From contig CP089274.1 of the NCBI GenBank assembly GCA_023920165.1, positions 3,038,001 to 3,102,000 of the forward strand: 64,000 bases of DNA, read 5' to 3'. Positions within the stretch are counted from its first letter, which is position 1. Each line of letters begins with the position of its first letter. Made by a program: the position numbers and the translations under genes. A model generated the notes under the pieces. That model ran no database searches. It was not told the origin of the DNA and saw only the letters and a program-made list of their open reading frames with translations. Below, piece after piece: positions 51,510-64,000 of this stretch. Source of the DNA: Curvularia clavata. Taxonomy: Eukaryota.

Positions 51510-53145
51510 CTAGACAACTTTTTGTCCCTCTCCCAAACCATCCAGCGTGCCATCAGCCCCCATGCCTGTTCCGTCACCCTTCCAGCTATGGCTGAAGACC
51601 TCGAAGTTGTCGTCGACAAGCCAGTTGAGGTCCTCGCTCTCGGGACGCATGTTCCGCGCAAGTCCGTTACCAGCTTTGGGGTAGTGAGCTGGCGGATCAG
51701 TGTCATAGCCGTCATCTTCATCGTACTGGTTACCAGCTAGATCCATTGTCGTGCGGGACTGGTTGATGTTATCGCCAAGATTTCGGGCGTCCACAGTGTC
51801 AAGTTCTGAATGTGAATGTGATGAGAGTTGAGGTGTAGCGTTATTTGCAGGCGAGGTTGCTGGGGGTTGTTGGAAAGCGGGCCGAGATGGTTGATATTGA
51901 AGACTTGATTCAGATGCGGAAGACACTTGATTGGTTTTTTGCTCCTGTTGTTGGTGTTGTTGCAATTGTGGTTTAGTACCCGATGCTTCGGGTATGAGAC
52001 TCCGTACGTTTGGAGGGAAAACGGGTAACTCAGGATGTCGGATTGTGGCCGTTAAAAGGAGCCCGACTAGTTGGTGTTGGGAGAGGGTGGAAAAGTATGC
52101 ACGTTTCTACACAAGTAAGCACAGGGAAACGTCGCAGATGATATTTGACTTCTACTACTGGTAGAAGAATGACATACCTGATCGATTGACAGATCGTCCG
52201 CAGCGACCAAATCCTGTGCACTTTCCACGGCGGTCTGCTTCGCCCGCGTACATGGAGTGCACAGGAACTCCTTCTCCAGCACAGTGACGACCTCGTTATC
52301 GATAGGCGGATCATGGCAGTATTGGTGATAGGCTGTGCTACAGGCATCACAGAAGACTATCCGATTGTTCGCTGGGTCGGTTTCTCGATGGCAAGTCTTG
52401 CACTTGGCGGCGAGGAGCGTCTTTGTCGACTTTCTCCGCTTGACGCCCTGGGTTGGCTCTGGAATGACGGGCACAAACGCAACGGGCTTGTTCACACTGC
52501 GCCCAGACTTTGTTCTCGTAGGAAGTGGCGTGTAAGAATCCGAGACGTCCGAGTCGTCGTTGTCGTCGTCGTTCTACACCATGTTAGTCTTTGGTCGCCC
52601 CGCCTGTCGCACAAACTGACATGGCTCTCCTCGTCGCTGTCGGAGCGCTTGCGCTTGCCCCCTCTTCCTCCCCGCCCGCCGCGCCCTCGTCCACGCCCTC
52701 TGGCAGATGCGCGACCAGACGAAGCGGGCGTAGGCGATGCGCCGACTTCGGTTTTCAGACCACTCGGCGTGCTCACTTTACCTCCTCTTCCCCTGCGCCC
52801 AGTGGTCACGGCTGGTGGAGGTGTCGGCAGCTTGTCACTGGTAACATAACTTTGGAGAATCTCCGCGCGCTTGGCTTCAAATGCTGCACTGCCGGCCGCA
52901 TGGCTGTTCTTGCCCTGAAGCCTCTCGAGAATCGCAGCCGTCGACGGTGAGTACTGGGGAAAACTGGGGCCGCTTGTGGTGCCAATAGTTGCGGGCGAGG
53001 AAGCCATTTGAGACGAGCTTGCTGGGGGCATGGGCGTTGTCGATTGCGACGTTGGAGCCGACGTAGTACTGGCTGCGACGCTGCCGGCAGCTGGTGCACC
53101 ATTGTCGGCAGCACTCTGGTCGTTTGGGCCGTCTGCCGGGTTCAT
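51510..53145 (-). CDS. PHD-finger chromatin protein (similar in layout to S. pombe Phf1/Phf2), 2 introns
   Basis: C4HC3 motif 'CKTC...IVFCDACSTAYHQYCH...CTPC'; RGG/basic tract; 'LVDDNFEVFSHSW' near the C-terminus. Confidence 0.85.
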
Positions 53146-53545
53146 CTTGGTCTGGAAAGCCCTGCGACTGGAAACATGTGACTCTGGATGTCGTATTTGT
53201 GCACGCTGGCTGGATAGAAGGCGATGTCGAGACCTTGACAATGAATTCCAGAGAGGCCGTGGTCAGGGCCCAAGCTTTGGAGGCTAGCGAATAGGAAGCG
53301 GCATTGCATCACCATGGTCTTTCCTCTTTCCATCCTTCAGCCTTGTTCCTCGACCTCCTTCTTTCGATGCCAATTCTGTTGTGATAAAGCAATGAGAAAT
53401 CTGTGATTATGTCTAATGATAACAAGAAGCCGCAAGCACCGACAGCGCCACTAGCAGAGTATCTACCCAATGAGCTACAGAGCACGCCTGTTCATTCCAT
53501 TCTATCCCATCTCGGTTGAATCATCCCCCACACTAAAAATAGCCC

Positions 53546-54609
53546 CTACCTGGAAACAGATTGTCCTTGCTCCAGCATCTCCACCCGTGACTCTGACACG
53601 CTTCCCTTGGCGTTCTTCCGCTTTCCAATGGTATTTCCAAGCGGAGGGAAGCAGATTCCAGGGTGGAAAACTGTTTGCGCAAGCACTGTAATTGCAATCA
53701 TCACGCCCTCCAGGATGATGAACTCCGTCTCTGCCTGCATGAGCTCACCGCCCCAACCACCCAGCAGCTCCGGAATTCGATATATGCATCGAACCAAGAT
53801 GCACGTGTAGGCGAGTAGGACACCGCCACAGAAAAACTTAAACCGCCGGGTGGACCAGAGTGCGAGGGCAGATGAAGAGAGGATATCGCGGCGGCGGTAG
53901 GTGCGAATGCTGTATTCGAGGACGAGAAGACCAAAGATGGCGAGCGCTATTTCTATGTCAGCTTGGCTTCAGCGTGGAAGATAATAGTGACTGACCGACA
54001 ACCTGCCAAATAATTCCAGCAATCATGATATTTGTACCCACGTCCAGGAGCTTCTCCCCAGGGTCTGCTGTCGCCGCAAGAGCGCCACCAGCGCTCTGCA
54101 TCACCAGAGATAACACATCGGCAGCAATGAAGAGATAGGTGTACCAGCTTGGCCTCAGCCTCGACCACTCCTGACCGAACTGGATAACGATATGCTTGAG
54201 TGTCAAATAGATACCCGCTGCTAGGAATGCCGGCGCAAAGATCACTACATTGTCTATTGTCAGCACACACTTTATGCCGCTTTGGTACCAGTCACTTACA
54301 CAGCACAATTTGGATATTGAATCCAACATCGCTCCAGGGGTTGTTATAGAGCAATATCCGTCCAATGTATCCGATGCACTCGGCGACGCATCCACAGCCG
54401 AGTGCGATCATGTACGTCCATGTCTTATACCGGATGCCAAAGAAGAGTTGTAAGACGAATGCAAGACCGAAGAAGGCGGCGAAGAAGGCATTGGCTGCAA
54501 GATTCGGAGCGTAGCCCAAGATCGTGTTTTCGACTTCGCAGCCAGGAAGACCGACCTCTGTGCACTCTACAGGGGGACTGTCTGCGCGCAAGACCAGTGT
54601 GTGCATCAT
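53546..54609 (-). CDS. RTA1/Rsb1-like 7-TM membrane protein, 2 introns
   Basis: 'GYAPNLAANAFF', 'ECIGYIGR', 'APAFLAAGIY', 'DVLSLVMQSAGG', 'RCIYRIPEL..GW.G' and 'FHPG'. Confidence 0.92.
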
Positions 54610-56056
54610 GACTGGAGAGGAATGTGAAACAGAAAGATTAGAGAAAAGGGGTATAATCGGAATCTGGAGTATCAAGCAAGAACAAAAGTACTGCCGATGG
54701 ACAACCCAAATCGAACCGTTTATTGATATATGAATGGAGTTGCTTTGTATGAGGCCAAATGTATCCTGATTCCTCAGTCCTATATGTATCACCTCTCCCA
54801 ATGTAGTAGCCCCATTTCCTTGCACTGACAGCTTTGGTGGCTTGCACCGCCTTACAAAACCACGTAAACGGGTGTGCACTGACAAAGCCATCTTTTCATC
54901 ACCACCACAGCAACAACAACACCTGTGCATGTGTATTGGACCACGCAGGCCCAAGCTCATCAATCGCCCTATCGCAAGCTTTGCCATAATCGAAGCAAGG
55001 GGGCTATAGTGCAAGGCTTAACTTCAGGTGTGAGCCTTGGCTTGTAGGGCCAAGGAGCTGGCTGGCTTGATCGCAAATTCGTCTACTTTGGGAATGGACT
55101 TGCTTGCGTGGGTCTGTGGCTGGAACGTGGCTGTCGTGTATGTATACTCGGTGTTTTCAGGAACAGTGCGAGGCTGAGTGGGAAAGGGCAAGGATTGATT
55201 GGGATAGAAAGGAGATTCCGATAACACGGAGAGGGCATTGTTGGGAAGATTGAAGGATTCGAAAGATGTATCCTAAAATTCTAAAATCGATACCAAAATT
55301 CATGAGCTTTTTCGTATTTGTTTCCAAAAATTACACATTTATGACAATTCTCTTCGCCAGTCCCAGTCCCGCCCTTGGTCTCCGCGGCTGCTCCCCTTCT
55401 AACTTACTCTCTACCTTACGCCCTCCCTCACCGCACTCAACTAACACATCTCGAATCGCATGATGTGGTCTCATTTCCAGCACACTCACACACCCACCCA
55501 CCCGCATAAAACCCCTCGTCGCCGCGCAGTCCAGTGGAGGCTCAGCACCCAAAAACCCTAGTAGCCAAACACTCACACAATCTTACATTTGTTGTCACCG
55601 CCCTAGGCAGCAAAGCCAAGAGCGAGTCAAACGCCCAAGGTGAGCCTTAGCAGAGAAACTTGCTTACGTGGGACCCAGCAGGCAACGACAATCCGATTCG
55701 TGTGCTCGGAAAAAGATGTGGGACCGGCGGGCGGGCGGGCGTCATGGACTGTGGCTTGGGGAGACATAGGCTAACGGTGGTCTTTTTGGGCTAAGCGAGG
55801 CTCTCGTCACCGTTGGCGGATGGGAGGGGAAATGGGGGGCCTGATGAAGGTTTCAGTAGTGATGACGGCGGATGTTCGTTTAGAAGGAATCTTATGCGAA
55901 TGGGAAAAAAGAAGAGAAAAAAAAAGGGAGAAAAGGGTGGAGCAAGGAAGGATGCGGTTTATTTTCAGGTTCAAATGGCAATGAATTATTCATAGAGGTA
56001 TATTACTTTAATTCTTGAAATCCTGTGTATAAACAGCAAGGAAAACCAGTCGACGT

Positions 56057-57964
56057 CTAACGACTGTACACATCATAAGCATGAGCGTTAATGAGCGCAA
56101 TGCCCTCTTTCCTGAAGGTATCGGGTTCAGCAAAGCTCGAGACGTTTGCGTCAAAGACATATTGCAGAGGATCATCGTTGTTGTACACCGGCCACTCAGC
56201 CTCGGTTCCGTTCCAAGGGAACGTGTCTCTCCACGAGTTGGGGTCAAGGTCGTGGACGAAGCTGACCCAGTTGCTGTTCATGAAGCGAGCCAAGTCGCGG
56301 TAAGACTCGGTCTTGTTCTCAAAAGGTGGAACCTACGATAGTCAGATTTCAACTGATCAATTGTCAGAGGAACCAGAACGGGGTACTTACAGCAGCAGGC
56401 TTGTAGCCGACACCGTCAAGGTTGAGGAACACGAAGGCGACCTCCTGGAAGTGAGGAACACCGAAATCCGCGGGAATACCTGCAGGTCTGGCGTTGAAGC
56501 GGAATGAGTAGGCTGGGAGGTCTGCAGCAGCCCAGACTTCGCATGTTCGTCGGCGGTTGGCAATGAACGACTGGTCGCCAAAGTAGGATGCCGAGCGGCG
56601 GAACTGTGCTCCAAGGAACGCACTTGGCCTGTTGTTACCCAAACTGGCAATTACGTTTACCGACAGATCGTCGGGGTAAGCAATCAGCAGTTCCTCGGTC
56701 AGGTTGGCGGGAACACCAGTAGCCCTGATAAAAGTGCGCAGGTCCTCGGTGTCGTTAACGGGGAAAGGACTGAATGAAGCCCCCTCGTCTGAAGTAGTTC
56801 CAATAATGATGGGGACGTGAACGAACTCTCCGGCGTCTAGTTGGAGCGAAGTTGGCTTCTGGAGGAAGTCGTAGTCCAAGCAAGGCCTGAAATCGCTGAC
56901 GTTGAGAATCGGGCTGGTGGTGTTGATAGCAGCATTGAGTTGCTCGGTAGGCAGACTGCGCATACACTCGAGCGGGCTCGTGGCGTTGCTGCAACCCGCA
57001 AGGCGGGTCAGCAAAGCATACTTGTCCGCCGAGCTTACGACTGGGTCCTGGAGTTTTCCATAGTTGATGGGACTGCCGCTCTCCATGATGGCACCACGGA
57101 AAAGATGGTCGTCACGTCCGCCGTATGCTGTTAAGTGGATGCCAACAGACGCACCGCCAGCGCTCTCACCATAGATGGTGACTTGTTCAGGATCACCTGC
57201 ATTCGTCAGTTGCATGTTCAGATAAGAAAAAATCACGGTGTTCCAACATACCTCCGAATGCCTCGATGTTCTCCTGGACCCATTGCAAGGCCAGGCGCTG
57301 GTCTCTGAGACCCATGTTGAGGTTGCCAGTGTCTGCGACCTCTTTGCTTCCGCTCAAGAAACCCCAGGGTCCCAGACGGTAGTTGATGGAGACACCGATA
57401 ATGGGCTTGCCAATCTTGACCGAGTTCTGCACAGTGAAAGAGAGGTTGTAGCGCTGGTCAACACCGCCTCCCATGAAGAATCCACCACCGTGGATCCAGA
57501 AGGCTACGGGGAGTTTTTCATCCTCGTATCCTGCTGGGCGGATCACGTTGATGTAAAGACAATCTTCTGAGACCTAGAGACAATAGTGTTAGCATAACCA
57601 GTTAACATGATTTGCAGGGCACTCCACACATACCTGGTAGTTCCACTGATCGGAGCCATAGCCATAGCACTTAAATCCAAGTCAGCAAAGATACCGCGAA
57701 TTGAAAAGAGTAGCATACTTCCGGAGAGTACTGCGTAGCAGGCTTAGGCTCATCCCAGGTAGTGTTCAAGCTGACCGGGTTCCTAAAGCGCAAGCTTCCG
57801 ACAGGTGGCTGCGCATAGGGAATACCCAAGAAGAAGTCCTGGTTGTACTCGGGAGAATGACTTCCGATATAGGAACCATTTTTGGTCTGGGCAGTTGGCG
57901 CAACAGCATGGGCAGCCCCGAGGCCGGTGAACAGCGCGGTTGCGAGGGCAGCGGTGCGCAACAT
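56057..57964 (-). CDS. Secreted type-B carboxylesterase/lipase, 4 introns
   Basis: Signal peptide, 'FLGIPYAQPPVG', 'SEDCL', oxyanion 'IHGGG', nucleophile 'GESAG', acid 'GTTSDEG' and His in 'VPHFQEV'. Confidence 0.94.
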
Positions 57965-59679
57965 GATTGACGATTGTTTTGCTGGATAGAACAAAGGTCA
58001 AGCCAACAGCAGAGGTTCGCCTTGCTTTATACCGCCCAACGCAAACCTGCTTGACTGCATCGCCTCGACTAGAGCAAATGGTCCGCGGGCTTTTGGTCGC
58101 GACTAGCCATCTGCCGGTCTGTCGTTGGATCCGGGGTGCAACGGTTTTTGCGCCGTTTGTGCACAAGTGCGAAGCGCGGTTGACAATTTGCGGGGATCAT
58201 GACATGGTGGTGGTAGTAGAGACCTCTTGAAGGGTGGAGTAACATGCATGGCCAGGGGTTGCCATTGGCCAGGTACGATCGGAAGCCGATGTTTATCCAT
58301 AAAAGGGGAGTGTTGTTGTTTAGCGTGGCAAAATATGGGGTTGTGGGGTATGGGGACATCACAAGCCTTTTCAATCATGAGACCAGCATGTCGTGTGTAT
58401 ACAAGTAGGTAGCCAAGCAGGAATCACAAAGGTGTTGGCTTGGCTCTGAGCTACACAGTTGACGTGCAGCATTGGTTACAGGCACAAGGGACCCCAACAA
58501 CCTTATTTGAACAAGATGCTTACATGTTCGTGACTATACGGACGGCTTAAAATGCATATGTGAGTAGACTGGAGGTACCTGGTACGCTCGGTAGTTCGGC
58601 CGAAACGAATGGGATGAATCATCGTCGGCAGATGAAGAACCTCGATCTTGTTACAGCGATTCAGCGATTCAGCTTCCTTTTTTGCTGCCAAGGCGCTTAT
58701 TCAGGTACCTGGCTCTTTCCACGTTCTCGGCCAGATTGGGCTCCGACCGACTCGCCTTGTTTTGTGGTTGGTGACGGACGAGATCGGGGCAAAAAGAACG
58801 GCCGTACAGGGCAGAAGTCCAGGCTCAAGTCGTTACGTAGAGATAGATTAATCGAGAGAACTCACACATAGCACCAGCCTAATGGAGTAGCCAAAACACG
58901 AGCATTCTCAGTACCATGACACTGGAGCTGGTTAGATGAAATAGTACATACGTGCCAATAGGTAGGGTATACCGACATGCCCACGTAGCTTAAGAGGAGA
59001 AACCGGCCCCACTTGACCAAGTGTGTCCCGACCAGCACCCAGGTGTGTGTTATGTCCACCAGGGCTTTTGTGGGTACTTTCGGTAATCGTCTTCCCGACG
59101 CACGCTTTCCGCTGGTGAACCAGCGAAAGCTTGACGGTGCTGATCAACCCGACATGGCAATCCTGGCGAAAGGAAAAAACGCCGTCTATCCCGCTAGTCA
59201 TGAGATATCAGTGGTACAAAAGCAGATGTCGATACCCCAAGAGCGAACCAAATAATGCAATCGAGCACTAAGCGCCCGAAGAATGATACCTCCTCTTCAG
59301 GACGCCCATTGACATAGAAGCCTCGGTCTGGAATCTGTTGCTGGGCTTCACATACACGCATATGGAAACCGCATGCATGTAGGCTAGCATGCGGGGTTAT
59401 TAGGAATTGCACCTACAGTTGCAGATATCTCTCGGGTCGGCAACTGCACCATTCGTATCGGCAACGACACTGCAGAGGTCCGATTCCTCGTCCGGGGACG
59501 TGAGGCGATATGCCCGGTGGAATTTTGTAGGGCCAATGGCAGTAATGCGGTCAAATTGCTACGCCAACTAGCGTAACCTATTTCCTGACGTCATTGCCGG
59601 GTACAAATCATGGTCACTGCCAAGCTTTCTGCATGAAATAACGAAACGTTCAATTGAGTAGTACTACATGTCGCCAGGA

Positions 59680-61196
59680 CTAAAATATGCTGTTATCCGC
59701 GCATGTGAAAGGCCCGCTCAGATGACTATTGGGATCGTTGTAGATGTCGATAAGTGCCTTGAGAGAGGTGTATAGGCCACCGACCATAAGGAACACGGTT
59801 AGGCCCATGATAGCATAGTTTACCACGGCAAGGAACTTCTTGCGTGGGCTACTCCACTGCGTCTTCCAGTTCATGTGTAACCAGAAGATGCTGGTAAGAC
59901 CAAAGGTGAACCATGAAATAAAAATGGCCGAGGAAATGTTGAGGATGGACGAGAAGATTGGCACAGCGTTGGAAATAACAAATGATACGATCCAGAAGAT
60001 TGCGCCAATGCCGAGCCAGAGCGTCCATGTGAAAGCGTTGTGCACGTTGACCTGTTCGGGCTTGACGGTGCGCATAAGGGCGATATACTGCATACGTGTT
60101 AGTCACATAACCTTTACGAGAGGACAGGGGTGTATCGTACCATATATTTGATGGCCGTGATGCCAATGATCAGTCCGGTACCCAAAACTGAGGGGATGAG
60201 AATGCCATAGGCAATCTTGGCGGTTAACCTAGGAGCCGAACCGAGAGCAGGTGAAGTCGTGGCATCGCCAGCCAAGCCGTAAATTACGCATGCGACGATA
60301 ATGTAGATGACGACTTCGAAGGATTTTTGCATGAAAAGTGCCGGTGGAAAGTCCTTGGACGCATCTCTCATCTCGGCCATGACGCTGATGAAGCTTTGGT
60401 TGCCCGCAAAAGCAAAGGCAATATTCAAGAGTGCGTTGACAGTCTCGACGAAAGTCGGCTTGCCAACCAGAATGATCTTGACTTCAAAGTTTGGAGGAGC
60501 TTCAGGTCCAGAGACGCCCAGCGCAATCATGACAATGAGTACTGCAGCCACAATAGAGATTGTGCATACCCAACTGGCGGCAGCCGCGAATGTGAGCTTC
60601 CGTGGAATGCACAGAAGCCAACATAGGATATGCGGGAAGGCCATAAAGGCCACGGTGCAGAGGGCGTGGTTGGAAAGCGTGTTGAGGGCGACTGACATGG
60701 TGATGTTGGCCGAAGCGCAGATGAGCACCAGGTTGAAGACAAAGGCCACACCGAGAAAGTACTCGAACGGTTTTCCGCCAACGTACAGCGCGCAGTCGAC
60801 CAAGTTGGTGGTCATGGGAAACATCCTGTGGAACTGAAGGAGGATGTAGCCACAGTAAGTTGTGAGAGCGCCGAATCCCAAGATGGCGATGATACCAGGT
60901 ATGAGCCCGAGTGTCTGGAGAGCCTGAGGCAGACTCAGAATGCCGATTCCAACTTCAATGGTGATGAGGATAACGCAGGCCCGCCATCGACCCAGGGTGC
61001 GGTAGTTTTCGCCGTCTTCGCCGGGAGCTTTAGGATACTCGGATGCTCCTGCGTGGCCATCACCAGTCCAACCGGTCGTAATGTCGGTATTTTGTCCGTA
61101 GGCCTCCATGTCCTTCTCGGATGGGGGATAGTCAGAGGCGACGTCCCCGTTTGAGGACGTCTTTTGTTCTTTCTTGAGGAATGCTTTCAGACCCAT
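59680..61196 (-). CDS. AAAP-family (Aa_trans) neutral amino-acid transporter, Mtr-like, 1 intron
   Basis: 'EVGIGILSLP...LGLIPG', 'NIAFAFAG...MAEMRD..DF' and 'SPALGSA'; multiple TM helices. Confidence 0.9.
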
Positions 61197-63222
61197 GGTT
61201 GAGGTCAATAGCAGCAAACTGGTACAGAGGAAGAAGAATGAATGGTAAGAAGGTCTTCTGGTACCGAGCACCGGCGTAGCATGGTCTTTTGAACCAAAGC
61301 GCCTCCTGTATCGGCCATGTCGAACATGATCCTGGGACGTAATGTCTGCTAGTGGCCGAACGGACCCTGGAACGATCGTCTCGGGCAAGCACCACTTTTC
61401 TCAAGTTCTTCGTGGCCACTTTAGCGGACCCTTGGCAGATATGCTATCATGGTTGCCAAAGCGGAGTGCAGTTTGTGGGGGAGAAGGCACGATAGGGCTA
61501 CAAGCGGACTAGAGGTAGGCAAATGTCGTCGTTTCGTGGTGCGACGGCCGGGAGGGCTCGATGTTTGATGAGCGCAGTGGGGCGTGGTGAGTAATAGCTT
61601 GACGTTGGGATGCGACCGTGTTGCATTCCGATCCACATTATCACGTAAAATTCTTCGAGAAATTTGCCGGACCCGTCTTCGCCACTTGGCACGGTGATGG
61701 GTGCATCCGCAGTTCGGACGTCAAGCTTTGGATGAATAACTGGGGCAGGGTTCAGGCTGTACGCGTCGGTGAAGTCGTGGAGTCATACCTCGTGTGGTGC
61801 TGTGGTGGGTTGATGAGGTGAGGCTCAAGAACGGGTGATGCAATGTGGTGGGACCATTGCGGGAACTAGCCAAATGGTGCTAGGATGATTCGAGACATCA
61901 CGTTGGCATGCAACTGTATCTGGACATACGGCACGCGACACGGGCCGGATATACAATAATGCCCTTGGTGTCGGTACAGTATTGTACAAGTCTGGGGGCT
62001 AGTAGTGTAGAGGGCCTTTCCGGCGGAGCGACTCGGGACCGTGTACTGAAACTAGCCTGGTTTGAGAAAAGCTGTGTTTTCCGATGGGAAACGACTAGGC
62101 GAGGAGAGAGGGCAAAGAAGGATAACTACATAGGAATCAATAGAGGCTTGCTGCTCTTGGGGTGCTAGACAATGATGTAGGTGTCACGACGTATCCGTTG
62201 TGCACGCCGAGCTACTCCTTCTATCATGGCGGGGTAGAGTTATGCACATGTCTTCGAAGCACATACGTGCGAAGGAAAATGCGTTTCTTGGGCTTGTTGC
62301 TATGAAGAGCACATCGACGCAGTAGAGACGCGCCTGTGTACACTGTACAGGCCGAGTTGTTGAGCATCCCAAAGAGCGCCAGCAGGACAAAGGTACAAGC
62401 CGTCTCTGATTGGCTGGATGCAAGCGGCATGCAGGGCCGCGACCAGACGCATCTAGTGTGCTTCCGTCTTATCATGCGCACACATCAAGTGATGGCGGTG
62501 AGTGATAGCTGCTGCACCTGCAATAACCGTCGCCTGCAAGCTGAAGTCAAAGTCTTTCTCCTGCACAACATGTCGATGGAGACGAGCAGCAGGGAAAAAA
62601 AGGAAAAAAGCAGAGCTTGCAATGCTGACGTTGCGCCAGCTTGATGTCACGGCGACGCAGGAGAGCCGCCAAACCGACCAAGCGGCTCTTCCGAGCCTGT
62701 TACGCTAGCCGCTTTGGGAACTGCTACCGCCACTATGTGGGGTCGCAGAAGGATTTGAGCAAGGTTCCCCGACGCGCCACGCGAAGACGATATGGGGAAA
62801 CCATTGGCCTTGCGACACTCTGGCTGCCACGGAAGCACACTTGTGGCTTCGGAAATACGTTGCGTAGTTCAATAAAGGCGGGCAGGCTGAGCTAGGGCAG
62901 TTGATCGAGGGTGAGACGAAAGCCTGCCAAGCGACGTTTGCGAAATTTGCCGATCATACCCGTTTAGTGGCTGCCCTAGGACAACATTGACCCAGAAAGT
63001 TTCCTCAGACCACCGTCTTTCTCCTTCTGCTTTCCCGTATCCTAACACACCACCCGCCTCTCTTCCATAGACTTTCCAGCACTCTTACTTCTCTCTGTTG
63101 TTTTGCGGGTGAATACAGGCCAAACGCAGGAAAAGCTCTACTGACCCAGCAGCCCACGCGACACTCGAGCTGAAGGAAACCTGCGTGTTGGCGAAGCCGT
63201 AAGATTCATACCAGGTTACAGA

Positions 63223-64000
63223 ATGCCATTTCTCACAAAAACTCGAAGAAACAGTCCCCAAGATGCCAACGCCACTACCAACCCCGACGACCAATTTCCC
63301 GCCGCCCAGCTCGGCCTTCTAGGTACCCCTTTCCTTCTCACGCGGCCCTCGTCACATGCTAACATGTCCCCGCAGCACTGGTTCGAGTCGCTGAACCAAT
63401 TGCTCTCACCTCAATCCTTCCATATGCCTGGAAGCTCGTCTCCAACTTCCATGTCGGCTCCGAAGCAAATGCACCCTTCTTTGCTGGCCTGCTGATTTCT
63501 GCCTTCTCGCTCGCAGAGGCATGCAGCGGCATGTACTGGGGCGGCGTTTCTGATCGCATAGGTAGGAAGCCCGTCGTCATACTTGGATGTCTTGGGACCA
63601 TGTCGTCCTTGCTACTTGTCGGTCTAGCCCCCAACTTTTGGGTCGCGCTCGTCGGTAGGATCATCGGCGGTGCGCTCAATGGCAACATTGGCGTCATCCA
63701 GACCATGGTCGGCGAATTAGTCAAGCGACCTGAACATGAGCGTAAGTGATGCAATGTACGCTGCAAAGAGATCAGACACTGACTAGTCACTAGCAAAGGC
63801 GTACGCCGTCATGCCCTTCGTGTGGAGCATTGGCACCATCATAGGCCGTAAGACAAAAACCCATCCTTTGTTTCTCAATCCTCGAATGCTAACTCTCTTC
63901 AGCATCGATTGGCGGCTATTTCTCTGAGCCCGCGCATAACTTCCCTTCCGTCTTTAGCCCTACGGGACTGTTCGCCAAGTTCCCTTACCTTTTGCCAAAC
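63223..64000 (+). CDS. MFS transporter (DHA1/TetA-like), 3'-partial
   Basis: 'FPAAQL..LA/LVRVAEPIALTSILPY', motif A 'WGGVSDRIGRKPV' and 'GRIIGGALNGNIGVIQTMVGEL'. Confidence 0.9.

Noticed and set aside
61197..61388. In-frame upstream extension and a 40-codon uORF before the amino-acid transporter
   Set aside because: The extension starts at TTG. The uORF ATGs lie upstream of a pyrimidine-rich tract that probably marks the TSS, so there is no evidence they are transcribed.

Overview
Intron-containing genomic DNA of a filamentous ascomycete; gene style suggests Dothideomycetes/Pleosporales, but this is inference. It is mostly a housekeeping neighbourhood. From left to right: partial ATR/Mec1 kinase, COX16, an uncharacterised type II membrane protein, HMG-CoA synthase, a peroxisomal MaoC dehydratase, an intact 1,530-bp Tc1 (DD34E) transposon inserted 80 bp upstream of riboflavin synthase, Sch9 kinase, NC2beta and DID2. 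A gene-poor segment (about 26-35.5 kb) follows, holding an alpha-glucoside permease and probable decayed ORFs. After it come an M28 aminopeptidase, a small acidic protein with a long structured intron, BRF1, PRMT1, a hypothetical protein, a family III CoA-transferase, kinesin-6, a PHD protein, RTA1, a secreted carboxylesterase, an amino-acid transporter and a partial MFS transporter. I found no tRNA, rRNA or CRISPR array and cannot support a claim for a wholly new multi-gene system. The most notable signals are the transposon (ambiguous target duplication, catalytic-core insertion, promoter displacement), the dual-use Sch9 intron, an intron with mutually exclusive helices, and dense CreA/PacC site clusters. 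All exon boundaries were read by eye and all product calls rest on motif recognition, not database searches.
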